Origin: a virus
Length of the DNA: 64,000 nt
Virus record (IMG/VR): IMGVR_UViG_3300045974_000156
Location: 19,892 to 83,891 of that record
Reading direction: 5' to 3' (one strand)
Of the stretch, positions 55,001 through 64,000 are shown piece by piece; within the stretch, counting starts at the first letter, position 1; every line of letters starts with the position of its first letter. A model generated the notes under the pieces. The model did no database searches and was not told the DNA's origin. It was given only the letters and a program-made list of their open reading frames with translations. A program made the translations under genes and the position numbers.

Positions 55001-57490
55001 ATGCTGCCACAACTTGGACTAGCTTACATATTCAGAGGACAAGATGCTGGATTAGGTGAAAGCCAAAAAGGCTTCCTAGCCGGATTCCAGAGAATGGGTG
55101 CGGCTGTAGGCGAGGTTGTTGATCGTCTAACGAGCATGGGTGATTCCAGTAAACGTGTGCTCCAGGAGCAGCTTGAGCAGGACGCTGCCGACGCAAGAAA
55201 ATCCATACAAAGCATCTCTGAGGGATGGAATGATGACCTAAAATCCCACGTTGGTGAACTAGTATCTATTTCACAGGATCTCAAAATACCTGCGATGGAA
55301 GTAGCAAAGACGTTCCAGAATCTAACAAACTCAGGTCTGGATATTAATAAACTCGGAGGTACTAGGGGGTTTCTAGAGTTTGCCAGAGTCTCAGGTGTAG
55401 GTGCAGCACAGTTATCCGAGAAGCTAGCACTACTGGCTCATCGTAATAACATGAGTTCTGAGCAAATACGCGAGATGATGGAAAACATGATGGCTAGCGG
55501 TAAGCAATTCAACGTCGGAAATGCAGGTATTCAGAGATTACCAGAGATGATTGATCGCATCACGAAGTCAACTTCCGCACTTAAGGATGTAAATATAAGT
55601 GACTGGATCAAGTCAGAGTCTTCTCTAGGATCTGCCCTAAGTGGTATTTTCGGTGGTGCGGATGAGGGCTTCAGGGAAGCCGCTGGCGTGACAGGTCGAA
55701 TAACAGACATGAGACAGAAGATACAAGACTTGAAGACAGGGATGGGCACAAATTTAAGTGCCACCACGGAAGAGATGGCTATATTTTCTCATAGTGTAGA
55801 CGCTGCATTTGAGGCAGGAGCTAAAAGCCCGAGAGAGTTTGTAAGGTCACTACTAGAGATGTCTAAACAAGCAGACAAGTTCGGAAGCGTGTATAAAGAA
55901 AGATTCGTGAATGCATTAAGGGCTGGAAATCCTCAACTTGCTGCTGTGATTCTAGATTCCGAAAAAGCAGCAAAGCTTACAGAGGCATTGGCGGATCAAG
56001 AAGCTAGTATGGATAAAAATCGCACAGATATGCGAGATAGGATGAAGAGAGACGTAGCTAGGACTAGCTTTGAGGATATCATAAAGTACGAAGGCGAGAA
56101 GTTCATGGCAGAAATGTCCAAGCTAGCCCCCAATGTCAGTCAAAATCTGACAGCAAATATAAAAGGCGAACTTAAGCATTTTACAACAATGATGAAAGAG
56201 GCAGGAAAAGATCCCCATAGCTTGCTGGGTATGCTGGGTAAAGGTATGGCTACTGTTAGGAAAGAAGGTGCTCTGGCATTTTTACCGCAAGAGCTAAAAG
56301 GCACTGTCGGGGCATTGTCGGCTATCAAGCAACAGCTTGGACCCACTCTCGGTATGTTAAATGAGATGGGCATAAATTTTGAAAACTTATTTAACCCTAT
56401 GGGTTGGATTAAGATGCTGACTGGTGGGGTCATAATAGAATTTTTCAAGAACCTAAAGCAAAGTGGTGGCGATGTTACCGAGGCTTTCGATAAGACAGGC
56501 GAGACTATAGCTGCGTGGATAGATAAAGCTACTAATTTCTTTAGTGGCATGGGCGAAGGAATGTCCAAGTTTCTCGGTGAGCACAGTGTTGTTATAAATA
56601 AGCTCAAGACATCTCTTAAGAAATTCTGGAATGAGACCGCTATACCTCTGGCAGAAAAAGCCTTCGATAAGATGATTGACATTGGATCTTGGGCTGTAGA
56701 TAAACTCATGAGTAAAATGGTAGATGCTGCGCTAAATAATAAAGCAGGGGTTGCGGCGGTAAGTATCGCAGCCTTGGCAGGAGGCATACTAGGATTTGCG
56801 TTGCTTGGTCCGGCAGGAATTATTCCTGGTATGAAGATCGGTGCTTTGGGTTCTCTGACTGTACAGGGGCTAATGAATTGGTTTAATAATAGGGAATCAG
56901 AGAAAGAGTATAACGATACCCTAGCAGGCAGGGCTGCACTTAGGAAGCAGTTAAGTGGGGTATCTATTCAGGATCTACTGGCTATGAGAGATGAAAAAAA
57001 GAAGGAAGCGGATGAGGGTGATAAGAGGCGGACTAACTATTTAGAGGACGGTACAGCTTATACAGAGACTGATGAAGAATACAATGCTCGTAGAAAGAAA
57101 AATAAGTTACACGAAAAATCCAATTTTATATCTAAACTTTTGGTGGAAAGATTAAATTCTGAAGAGCAGTCTGAATTATCTAAAGCCAGCGAGGCTGTGG
57201 GCGATAACAGATGGGCTGATAAAAAAATAGCCGCCACCGCACAAGTGCAACAACAAATAATAGATAAAATAAAAAGTGACTTTAGTGTAGAGAATGAGCA
57301 AGAACAAGCTAAGATGGTTCTTCAGCTACGAGCAGCCGTAGAGGTTCTAAAAAGTCTTAAACACGCAGCAGACGCTCAGGTACATGTAGCTAAAAAAGCC
57401 CTCAAGGAGCATGAAAAGGCTAACGGAACGGCGGCAGGACCCGAACATACAGAGTCAGGACCTGTAGCCCCTGTAGAATTAATTGAATAA
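55001..57490 (+). CDS. Tape measure protein (829 aa)
   Basis: Long helical protein after the chaperone; hydrophobic Gly-rich segment near aa 580-620. Confidence 0.8.
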   Translation: MLPQLGLAYIFRGQDAGLGESQKGFLAGFQRMGAAVGEVVDRLTSMGDSSKRVLQEQLEQDAADARKSIQSISEGWNDDLKSHVGELVSISQDLKIPAMEVAKTFQNLTNSGLDINKLGGTRGFLEFARVSGVGAAQLSEKLALLAHRNNMSSEQIREMMENMMASGKQFNVGNAGIQRLPEMIDRITKSTSALKDVNISDWIKSESSLGSALSGIFGGADEGFREAAGVTGRITDMRQKIQDLKTGMGTNLSATTEEMAIFSHSVDAAFEAGAKSPREFVRSLLEMSKQADKFGSVYKERFVNALRAGNPQLAAVILDSEKAAKLTEALADQEASMDKNRTDMRDRMKRDVARTSFEDIIKYEGEKFMAEMSKLAPNVSQNLTANIKGELKHFTTMMKEAGKDPHSLLGMLGKGMATVRKEGALAFLPQELKGTVGALSAIKQQLGPTLGMLNEMGINFENLFNPMGWIKMLTGGVIIEFFKNLKQSGGDVTEAFDKTGETIAAWIDKATNFFSGMGEGMSKFLGEHSVVINKLKTSLKKFWNETAIPLAEKAFDKMIDIGSWAVDKLMSKMVDAALNNKAGVAAVSIAALAGGILGFALLGPAGIIPGMKIGALGSLTVQGLMNWFNNRESEKEYNDTLAGRAALRKQLSGVSIQDLLAMRDEKKKEADEGDKRRTNYLEDGTAYTETDEEYNARRKKNKLHEKSNFISKLLVERLNSEEQSELSKASEAVGDNRWADKKIAATAQVQQQIIDKIKSDFSVENEQEQAKMVLQLRAAVEVLKSLKHAADAQVHVAKKALKEHEKANGTAAGPEHTESGPVAPVELIE

Positions 57491-57505
57491 CACTAGAGGT
57501 ATCTC

Positions 57506-57817
57506 ATGTCTGTAGCAATCACCAAAGGTAGTAGGTTAAATAATAGTACTTTGATTCTAGTCGATGGTGTAGAATTTTGGCAGACGCCTAATCTCGTAAC
57601 AATACCTCAATCCACAGGGGACCTGAGATATACAGTTAAACAAACAGACCGCATAGATTCTATAGCTAACAATTTCTATGGGGATCCTGATATGTGGTGG
57701 GTCATAGCTAGAGCTAACAATATCGAACTAATACCTACAGATCTTTACGAGGGGCGGGTACTCATAATACCATCCCCTAATTTTATAAAATCCACACTAG
57801 GGGCATCTGTAATCTAA
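57506..57817 (+). CDS. LysM-type baseplate protein (gp53/tail X-like)
   Basis: YTVKQTDRIDSIA..FYGDP..WWVIA.AN......G..L.IP. Confidence 0.88.
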   Translation: MSVAITKGSRLNNSTLILVDGVEFWQTPNLVTIPQSTGDLRYTVKQTDRIDSIANNFYGDPDMWWVIARANNIELIPTDLYEGRVLIIPSPNFIKSTLGASVI

Positions 57818-57824
57818 GTATAAT

Positions 57825-59264
57825 ATGGAAAACGATAGCGCCAGCACTAGTGCCAAGCACATGGACTTCAGCGGTCCATTCATGCAATGTTCTCTGGTCA
57901 CTCCAGATAACATACAGATACCCCTATGGACCAATACAACCATAGACGGAAAGTCTACAGAGCAAGGTAAAGAGGCTCTAAAGTATACCGGATTGACTTC
58001 TTTACCCTATGTCAGCGATCTAGTCATAAATAGCCCTCTCTCCAGAATACCGAGAATAACTGTATCCCTAACACCGCCATATAGAGAAGCTGTAATATTA
58101 ATGAATAAAAGCTTTCTTAACTGGGGTAGTGTATCCCTGAAGGCAAGAGTTGGTTATTGGGGATCCTTCAGAGGATCACCCGTATGGTCTCCTGTTTTTA
58201 CCGGTTTGCTACTGGCACCTTCTGCTACTTTCGGGGAGAACGTTACAATCACTATGACCTCGCAAGGTCCATCGTCTTTGTTTATTAACGCTGTACCGCA
58301 TCCATATCCGAAGACAGAAACACGAATTAGCATATTAAATCAACTACTAAAAGGCAAAGGGTCTAATGTAAGACATGGGCTAGGTGCTGACGGTATAAAT
58401 AAACCCTTAGTAGTTATGCCTCATCTAAAAAATGCAAGTCAGGCTATACAGGATTACTGGACTAAACCAGGTGGTGGGGTTAATAGGGAGTCTTTAGACT
58501 ACGGTCAAAAATCTGATTTCGCGGTACTTAAAGAGATACTGGACCATTCTCAGTGTAGATGGCTTATGCTTAATAATGAATTACATATATACCCGATAAA
58601 AGATCTTAATGCCGCCGCACCTAAGAGGGTGTTTACTGTAATGGATTATCCGGGCGGATCTATGAAGAAAGGTTATTATCCAATATTGTCTGTCTCTACA
58701 CCAAATACAGGCATGTTTTTACCTGGAGTCATAGACTCACTAACAGAATCATACATAGATCCTGCCACAAAACAAGAGACTACCGCAGTTATTACTGAAA
58801 CATCTTTGGATATAACTAGAGTAGGTGATGGATCTAAGAATTACGCCCCATCCAACCAGATGCCGGGTACACCCGTTATCCCAGGAGAGATTGTAAATTT
58901 TAGACCGTCGCCCCGTCCAGGAGAGTCGCACAGGACCAAAGCCCAACTACAAAAGTACATAACTGATGTACAGTCAGTTAAACTAAATATAGAGACACTA
59001 GGTATACCGGACATCCTACCAGGAGAGGTAGTTAAGGTTGTGGGTTGCAGTGATAGGATAGATGGTAATTATGCTGTTTGGGATATAACTCATAGATTCA
59101 ACTCGTCTGGATTATCCACCTCACTTGTGTTACAAAGTACAGAGCTTAAAATATCGAAAGATATAGGCGTGCAGGGTAACCCAAACAAACAAAAAGAAGA
59201 TACAGGCGCTGGTAGGTCGATAATCGTAGAGCCTAGGCACGCCGGACTTATTGCCCCTATGTAA
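57825..59264 (+). CDS. Baseplate hub protein (P2 gpD / T4 gp27-like)
   Basis: QKSDF..LK.I, GIP.I.PG.VV.V.G...IDGNY.V..ITH.F...G..T.L. Confidence 0.8.
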   Translation: MENDSASTSAKHMDFSGPFMQCSLVTPDNIQIPLWTNTTIDGKSTEQGKEALKYTGLTSLPYVSDLVINSPLSRIPRITVSLTPPYREAVILMNKSFLNWGSVSLKARVGYWGSFRGSPVWSPVFTGLLLAPSATFGENVTITMTSQGPSSLFINAVPHPYPKTETRISILNQLLKGKGSNVRHGLGADGINKPLVVMPHLKNASQAIQDYWTKPGGGVNRESLDYGQKSDFAVLKEILDHSQCRWLMLNNELHIYPIKDLNAAAPKRVFTVMDYPGGSMKKGYYPILSVSTPNTGMFLPGVIDSLTESYIDPATKQETTAVITETSLDITRVGDGSKNYAPSNQMPGTPVIPGEIVNFRPSPRPGESHRTKAQLQKYITDVQSVKLNIETLGIPDILPGEVVKVVGCSDRIDGNYAVWDITHRFNSSGLSTSLVLQSTELKISKDIGVQGNPNKQKEDTGAGRSIIVEPRHAGLIAPM

Positions 59265-59278
59265 ACGAGAGTAAATTT

Positions 59279-60253
59279 ATGGCAACTATGACTCTAAATG
59301 ATATGAGGTCCAGAATTGCCTCGATGGACCTGCGTATCAAGAACCTGAAAGAAGAAGATATTAACTTTATTGAAACATTATGCTATCAAGGTTTGGAGCG
59401 TTATCATAAATTTTATAGCATATACGACGCTATAGTGGTAGATAATAAAGATCCGGATGGTCTAGGCAGAATACAGATACGAAGTCCAGGCGCATCTCAC
59501 TCACCAAAAGCTTACCCACTAGAGTGGGTTGGACCAGCCGCACCCATGGCTGGAAACGGCAGCGGGCATTTTTTTGTACCAAACATAGGCGACATAGTGT
59601 ACGTTATGTTCAGCCATGGCGATCCTTCTCTACCCATAGCTTATCTAGGTTCTTATTATATACAGGGGTCTGTACCTATCCAGTTTCAATACAGCGGTGG
59701 AACTACACCTACCAAACAAGGGGTGGTAACCCAATCAGGTCACTCGCTGGTATTCGATAATACACAAGGGTCCGAGTCGGTAACACTGGGGTGGAATAAT
59801 CACACAGATCCAGGGCAGCTAGACGGCAAGAGCCAAGCTAGTCTTGTACTGGATAACGGAGGGGATGTCACTGTCATGGCAGCGGACGGTTCCAATGTCC
59901 ACATAGACCACGCTGGGCAGTCAATCACCGTCACAGACTCCAATAAAAATGTAGTGCTGTTAGACAACACAGGCATCACCATAACCGACGCGAACGGTAA
60001 CAAGATATTTCTAGGGGGTGGAGATAACAACATAACATTGACAGGTACCTTTAATGTCAAGAGTAATTCCAGTGTGCTGGATTCAGGGACAGTCAGTCTC
60101 GGCTCTAGCCCCAACGAAGTAGCTATCCTCGGCAAAGCATTCTTACAAGCATTCAATAGCCATGTACATCCGCACCCAATGGGTCCTACTTCAGCGCCAC
60201 TACCTCCAGTACCCTCGACAGTTTTGTCTCAGACCATCAAAATTTCTCCCTAG
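59279..60253 (+). CDS. Baseplate central spike (gp5/gpV/VgrG-like OB-fold + beta-helix, C-terminal HxH apex)
   Basis: VVDNKDPDGLGRI, G.G.FFVP.IGD.V.V.F..GD...P..LG, TQSGH.L.FD, FNSHVHPHP.GPT. Confidence 0.9.
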   Translation: MATMTLNDMRSRIASMDLRIKNLKEEDINFIETLCYQGLERYHKFYSIYDAIVVDNKDPDGLGRIQIRSPGASHSPKAYPLEWVGPAAPMAGNGSGHFFVPNIGDIVYVMFSHGDPSLPIAYLGSYYIQGSVPIQFQYSGGTTPTKQGVVTQSGHSLVFDNTQGSESVTLGWNNHTDPGQLDGKSQASLVLDNGGDVTVMAADGSNVHIDHAGQSITVTDSNKNVVLLDNTGITITDANGNKIFLGGGDNNITLTGTFNVKSNSSVLDSGTVSLGSSPNEVAILGKAFLQAFNSHVHPHPMGPTSAPLPPVPSTVLSQTIKISP

Positions 60254-60304
60254 TTCGGTGGCGAATACATAGAAAGTGATGTAGAGTAAACATAGGAGCA
60301 AGCC

Positions 60305-60679
60305 TTGGCAATCTACAACGGATTACTATTTCCTTTTACTAAATCAGGCACGGCGTTGCCAGCGCCTGCTACAGATGATGATCTTGTAGCAGCATCCCTG
60401 ATGCAAATAATAGGCACAACTCAAGGCGAAAGGGTTATGCGTGATGATTTTGGGTGTGGGATTATAAATAACGTATTCGATAATAACGACAGCATCCTCC
60501 AAGAGCTTCTAAAACTCAATATTATGACAGCTATTGCCAAATACGAGCCTCGTGTAATAGTCCACGGTGTAAAATTCGTAAAAAACTCCGAAGGTAACGG
60601 AATTACGGCTACCATATCTTATGTAGTTACAGCCACCGGAAATAAGTCCCAGTTGACCCAGAAAATAGGGGGAGTGTAA
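60305..60679 (+). CDS. gp25: Baseplate gp25/GPW-like sheath initiator
   Basis: L.QII.T..GERVMR.DFGC, AI.KYEPRV. TTG start with AGGAG SD. Confidence 0.92.
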   Translation: MAIYNGLLFPFTKSGTALPAPATDDDLVAASLMQIIGTTQGERVMRDDFGCGIINNVFDNNDSILQELLKLNIMTAIAKYEPRVIVHGVKFVKNSEGNGITATISYVVTATGNKSQLTQKIGGV

Positions 60680-63006
60680 TGGCTGATAGTCTACTTACTC
60701 GCGCCAAGTATGCCGGTTATGATTTTAATACCCTGGCAGACGAGCTTAAAGCCCGGATGCAGGTCCAGTTTGCGTCCGACTTTAACGACTTCGTATCTAG
60801 TTCGCAGACCATGGTCATCATGGATTATTTTGCTTATGGTCTTGATAATCTAGCTTTCTATCTTGATCAGAGAGCTACTGACGCCTTCTTATCTACCGCC
60901 AGAACCCAAGATGCAGTAACAAAGCTAACCAGACAACTTGGTTATAAGATGCGCCCCGCGACAGCAGCTTCTGTGGATTTAAGTATTAGTCTAGCCAAGG
61001 CTTACCCTTTCCAGATAACAATTCCTAAAGGATTTCAATTTAAGGGGCCTAATAATATAATTTATGAGGCAGCACACGATCAGATTCTTAACGATGTACC
61101 AAATAACGCAGTATCACTCTCATGCTCCCAATCCGTATCATATACAGAATCTTTTGTAAGCGATGGTACACCCAATCAGAAATTTAATCTCAGGTTACTA
61201 TCTGATGGGCAACTACTAGTATCAGGATCAGTACAAGTATTAGTTAATAACGTATCATACACCGAGCAGAACTTTCTAGTATTCCCCGTAGATCCAAAAA
61301 ATACCGCAGGGCAGAACCAGTTTGAGGTTAGCTACACGACCAACCCACCATATATCACTTTTGGAGATGGTCTGGCTGGAGGAATCCCGACCCCCAACGC
61401 ATCCATCACGGTACAGTACAGCGCGACAAAAGGGGCTAGCGGTAGGGCTAATCAGAATACGATAACTAGTTCAGCATTACCACTGGTTATTAACTCTCAG
61501 ACCATAAAACTGAATATAAATAATACGCGAAGTACAGTAGGTGGGGATAATGCTGAGACATTATCAGAGGCTCAAGCTAACGCCCCCAGCGTATTTGCCA
61601 CCAGGCAAGTGGCTGTCACTCAGAGTGATTATATTTCCCTTAGCACATCTTACGCCAGCCCCCAGTCAGGACGAGTAGCCGTAGCCAGAGCATTTATAAC
61701 ATCAACGGCTATGGAAGATCTTGTTCTATTGGCAATCCTGAAGTCAGTATATAAAGCGGGGCACACGACTCAAACAGGTATAGCGGCGAGTACGAACAGT
61801 ACGACATCAAACGCTGCCGCAGCCATCGCATCCTTAGGCAGTATAGACACTCAGTTAGCAAATATAGCAGCAGTCTCTGGACCCCTAGCTGTAATTAATA
61901 CAAATCTGACAGCAGTAATTAACAATATAAATGCAGCGTCTACTAATTCTAGTAAAATAGCTACTGGGGTATCTTTAGTTAGCACTGAGTCTACTACCAA
62001 TATACCCAGCTACAAATCAACGATATCGTCCAACGTAGCCTCAATAAGTACATTGATCCATGATATAGTTACCTCTGTTCAATCAACGTACACTGTAACA
62101 GCAAGGCAGATGTCCGACCTAGCTACCTATGTTGGTGCAATAAAAGATGCGAACACATTACTGGCTACTACTGTAACAAATCTAAACGTAGCTCTGACTA
62201 ACCTAGGTTTGACAGATGCACTTACCACATCCATAAATAATATAGCCAATAATCAAGTACCGGCTATCAAGAGCGCCCTAGCCACCCTAGGTTCAGTATC
62301 CCCATCAAGTGGATACTTGGGAAGTTTAAATACCGATGTTGGTATACTAAATACCAATATACCGACCATAACTGATAATAATAACGCGATAATAGCTCTG
62401 AATACAGGAACCGGTAATTTTGTAGATTCTCTTGGTGACCCCCTGTCTAATGTAGTAGGTTCTCTAAATAGCGTAATGGATCACGTTACCTCGTTGTTCT
62501 TGTCTGATTGCGGATCTAACGTTGTGACAGTGCCGATCTTATCCAAGAATTCAGATGGTTTCTACGCAGCCCCAACACAAAACCTAGTAGCAGATCTTCA
62601 ACATTTCTTAGATAATGTTAAGGATGTAGCCCATACTGTATTGGTAACCGATGGGTCTGGTTATCTAGTCCCAGCAGTACTGACAGTGCAGCTTGGTGTT
62701 TCCAGTAAGTACAACCTTGCGGCAGTAACAGCGTCTGTATCATCAGCCATAGACAGTCTTTTGAGAAATCGGGCGTTCGGTCAAACGTTATATAACTCTG
62801 ACGTTTACACATCTTGCATGTCCCAATCTGGCGTCGTCTATGCCACTGTTACTATCAACGGCTACCTAAAGAACGGTGTCTTATTTACAGACAAAATCTC
62901 TGAATCAAACCTAGTAGCCACAGATCAAGATATTATAACTAAGGGTATTAATCTGGACGGAAGTAGTGCAATAACGATTAAACCCTTAAGCGTGAAGGTA
63001 TCCTAA
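60679..63006 (+). CDS. Baseplate wedge protein (T4 gp6 / baseplate J-like) with a ~265-aa helical insertion
   Basis: DF..L...L, F.DF..S, FYLD....FL.TA, LGYK, SDGTPNQ.F, FGDG..G.IP, GG...E, VAVT..DY. Confidence 0.9.
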   Translation: MADSLLTRAKYAGYDFNTLADELKARMQVQFASDFNDFVSSSQTMVIMDYFAYGLDNLAFYLDQRATDAFLSTARTQDAVTKLTRQLGYKMRPATAASVDLSISLAKAYPFQITIPKGFQFKGPNNIIYEAAHDQILNDVPNNAVSLSCSQSVSYTESFVSDGTPNQKFNLRLLSDGQLLVSGSVQVLVNNVSYTEQNFLVFPVDPKNTAGQNQFEVSYTTNPPYITFGDGLAGGIPTPNASITVQYSATKGASGRANQNTITSSALPLVINSQTIKLNINNTRSTVGGDNAETLSEAQANAPSVFATRQVAVTQSDYISLSTSYASPQSGRVAVARAFITSTAMEDLVLLAILKSVYKAGHTTQTGIAASTNSTTSNAAAAIASLGSIDTQLANIAAVSGPLAVINTNLTAVINNINAASTNSSKIATGVSLVSTESTTNIPSYKSTISSNVASISTLIHDIVTSVQSTYTVTARQMSDLATYVGAIKDANTLLATTVTNLNVALTNLGLTDALTTSINNIANNQVPAIKSALATLGSVSPSSGYLGSLNTDVGILNTNIPTITDNNNAIIALNTGTGNFVDSLGDPLSNVVGSLNSVMDHVTSLFLSDCGSNVVTVPILSKNSDGFYAAPTQNLVADLQHFLDNVKDVAHTVLVTDGSGYLVPAVLTVQLGVSSKYNLAAVTASVSSAIDSLLRNRAFGQTLYNSDVYTSCMSQSGVVYATVTINGYLKNGVLFTDKISESNLVATDQDIITKGINLDGSSAITIKPLSVKVS

Positions 63007-63200
63007 TGTCTAAGCCAAAAGCTATCTATACCATGCAGGCTAAAGTAATCAGAACTGGCGAAATACATGAGTGGGTAGCCCACGACGAGCCGGATTACAT
63101 ATGTTTTCAGCAAGACAGATATAAAGCTAGCGACCTACACGATGTACATATCAAGGGTACCTCAAGAACCAGACGAGCCGCTCTTGAGGAGGGTGAGTAA
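63006..63200 (+). CDS. Hypothetical protein (64 aa)
   Basis: TAATG-coupled on both sides. Confidence 0.55.
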   Translation: MSKPKAIYTMQAKVIRTGEIHEWVAHDEPDYICFQQDRYKASDLHDVHIKGTSRTRRAALEEGE

Positions 63201-63562
63201 TGTTACAACCAACTAACTCCATAAACCTGTACGCAGGCGAGACTCGGACCATAGAATTCAGTGTAGCTGACTTGGCTGGACGTATCCAGGATCTGACAGG
63301 GTGTAGGCTGGTCTTGACTGTCAGGGAAGACCTGCGGGACCCAACCCCTCTATTTATGAAGTCAACCTCAGATCCGACACAGGGGTTAATAACAAACTAC
63401 GCCAATGGTCTAGTGACATTTTTCTTTGTACCGCAAGATACCCAGAGTCTTAGGGCTGCCCAATACTTTTATGATATCTGGGTGCTATTACCGAACGGAG
63501 AGAGATACATCGTGGTTCAACCTGCGGTATTTGAAGTAAAAGGCACTGCTACCAGATTCTAG
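63200..63562 (+). CDS. BppU-like Ig-fold baseplate/fibre adaptor protein
   Basis: G.T..I.F.V.D..G...DLTG, G...F...P.DT......YFYDI......G.....F.V. Confidence 0.7.
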   Translation: MLQPTNSINLYAGETRTIEFSVADLAGRIQDLTGCRLVLTVREDLRDPTPLFMKSTSDPTQGLITNYANGLVTFFFVPQDTQSLRAAQYFYDIWVLLPNGERYIVVQPAVFEVKGTATRF

Positions 63563-63571
63563 GAGACTAAA

Positions 63572-64000
63572 ATGTCCACACCTTCACCCAGACTACAATG
63601 GCCGATACCAGACCTTAACGCCAATCCTTGGTATGATCAGTTCACAGGACTTGTGAATGGGATCGACTCTACAACGTATTCTCTCGTTGAAGATCGTAAT
63701 CTAACCGTAACCGGCGGCGGAATAATCAGTTACCTGAATTCAACAGTGACCTGGACAAATCCATTACAGATCTTCCCGACAGCTAACGGCTACATCTTAA
63801 CTATAAATGCAGGCTCTCTAACTGGAGTCACCGCCGGAACCCTCTGGATGGTGGATCTAGTCAGGGCTCCAATACAGAATCTCACACTGACTAGCTATAT
63901 AGGCACCAAGGTAAATAATCTAAATAATACTCTGGTTCTTGGATTCTGCGACGGTGTTTCTATGCATATGCGTAGTATGACCCCCAGCTTCGCGTCATAT
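63572..64000 (+). CDS. Partial (3'-truncated) virion/baseplate protein
   Basis: AGGAG SD and ATG at 63572. The frame is open to the window end (MSTPSPRLQWPIPDLNANPWYDQF...). Confidence 0.7.
   Translation, partial: MSTPSPRLQWPIPDLNANPWYDQFTGLVNGIDSTTYSLVEDRNLTVTGGGIISYLNSTVTWTNPLQIFPTANGYILTINAGSLTGVTAGTLWMVDLVRAPIQNLTLTSYIGTKVNNLNNTLVLGFCDGVSMHMRSMTPSFASY

Noticed and set aside
48528-63006. Extracellular contractile injection system (eCIS/tailocin) locus
   Set aside because: A gp23-like capsid, neck proteins, head fibres and homing endonucleases in the same region indicate a true phage.
1-64000. Stop-codon reassignment (suggested by abundant CTAG/TAG)
   Set aside because: Standard code 11 gives dense, full-length genes. 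TAG, TGA and TAA all end genes at sensible positions.

Overview
This window is the virion-morphogenesis region of a large (jumbo-type) myovirus genome. It is not an eCIS, because it carries a T4 gp23-like major capsid protein and neck proteins. Nearly all genes are on the + strand. In order: (i) two giant paralogous repeat/fibre-like proteins, one of >5331 aa that is 5'-truncated and extremely acidic, and one of 2137 aa with FN3 domains and a ~560-aa Ala-rich insert; (ii) the major capsid protein with a strong terminator; (iii) a LAGLIDADG endonuclease-Zn finger-DNA methyltransferase fusion; (iv) small hypotheticals, collagen/head-fibre genes, a GIY-YIG homing endonuclease, a 1984-aa modular repeat fibre and a LamG-like protein; (v) a cassette of a membrane protein, a stand-alone CheY-like receiver and a permuted NlpC/P60 enzyme; (vi) neck genes with an EndoVII-type homing endonuclease and three paralogous fibre modules; (vii) a contractile-tail module (terminator, sheath, two tubes, chaperone with a -1 frameshift, tape measure, LysM, hub, spike, gp25, wedge). 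The most notable signals are the homing endonuclease-methyltransferase fusion, a shared design in which each nuclease gene has its own sigma70-like promoter and appears translationally silenced on read-through mRNA, and very long helical insertions spliced into globular virion domains. All family assignments come from motif recognition by eye; no database searches were run.
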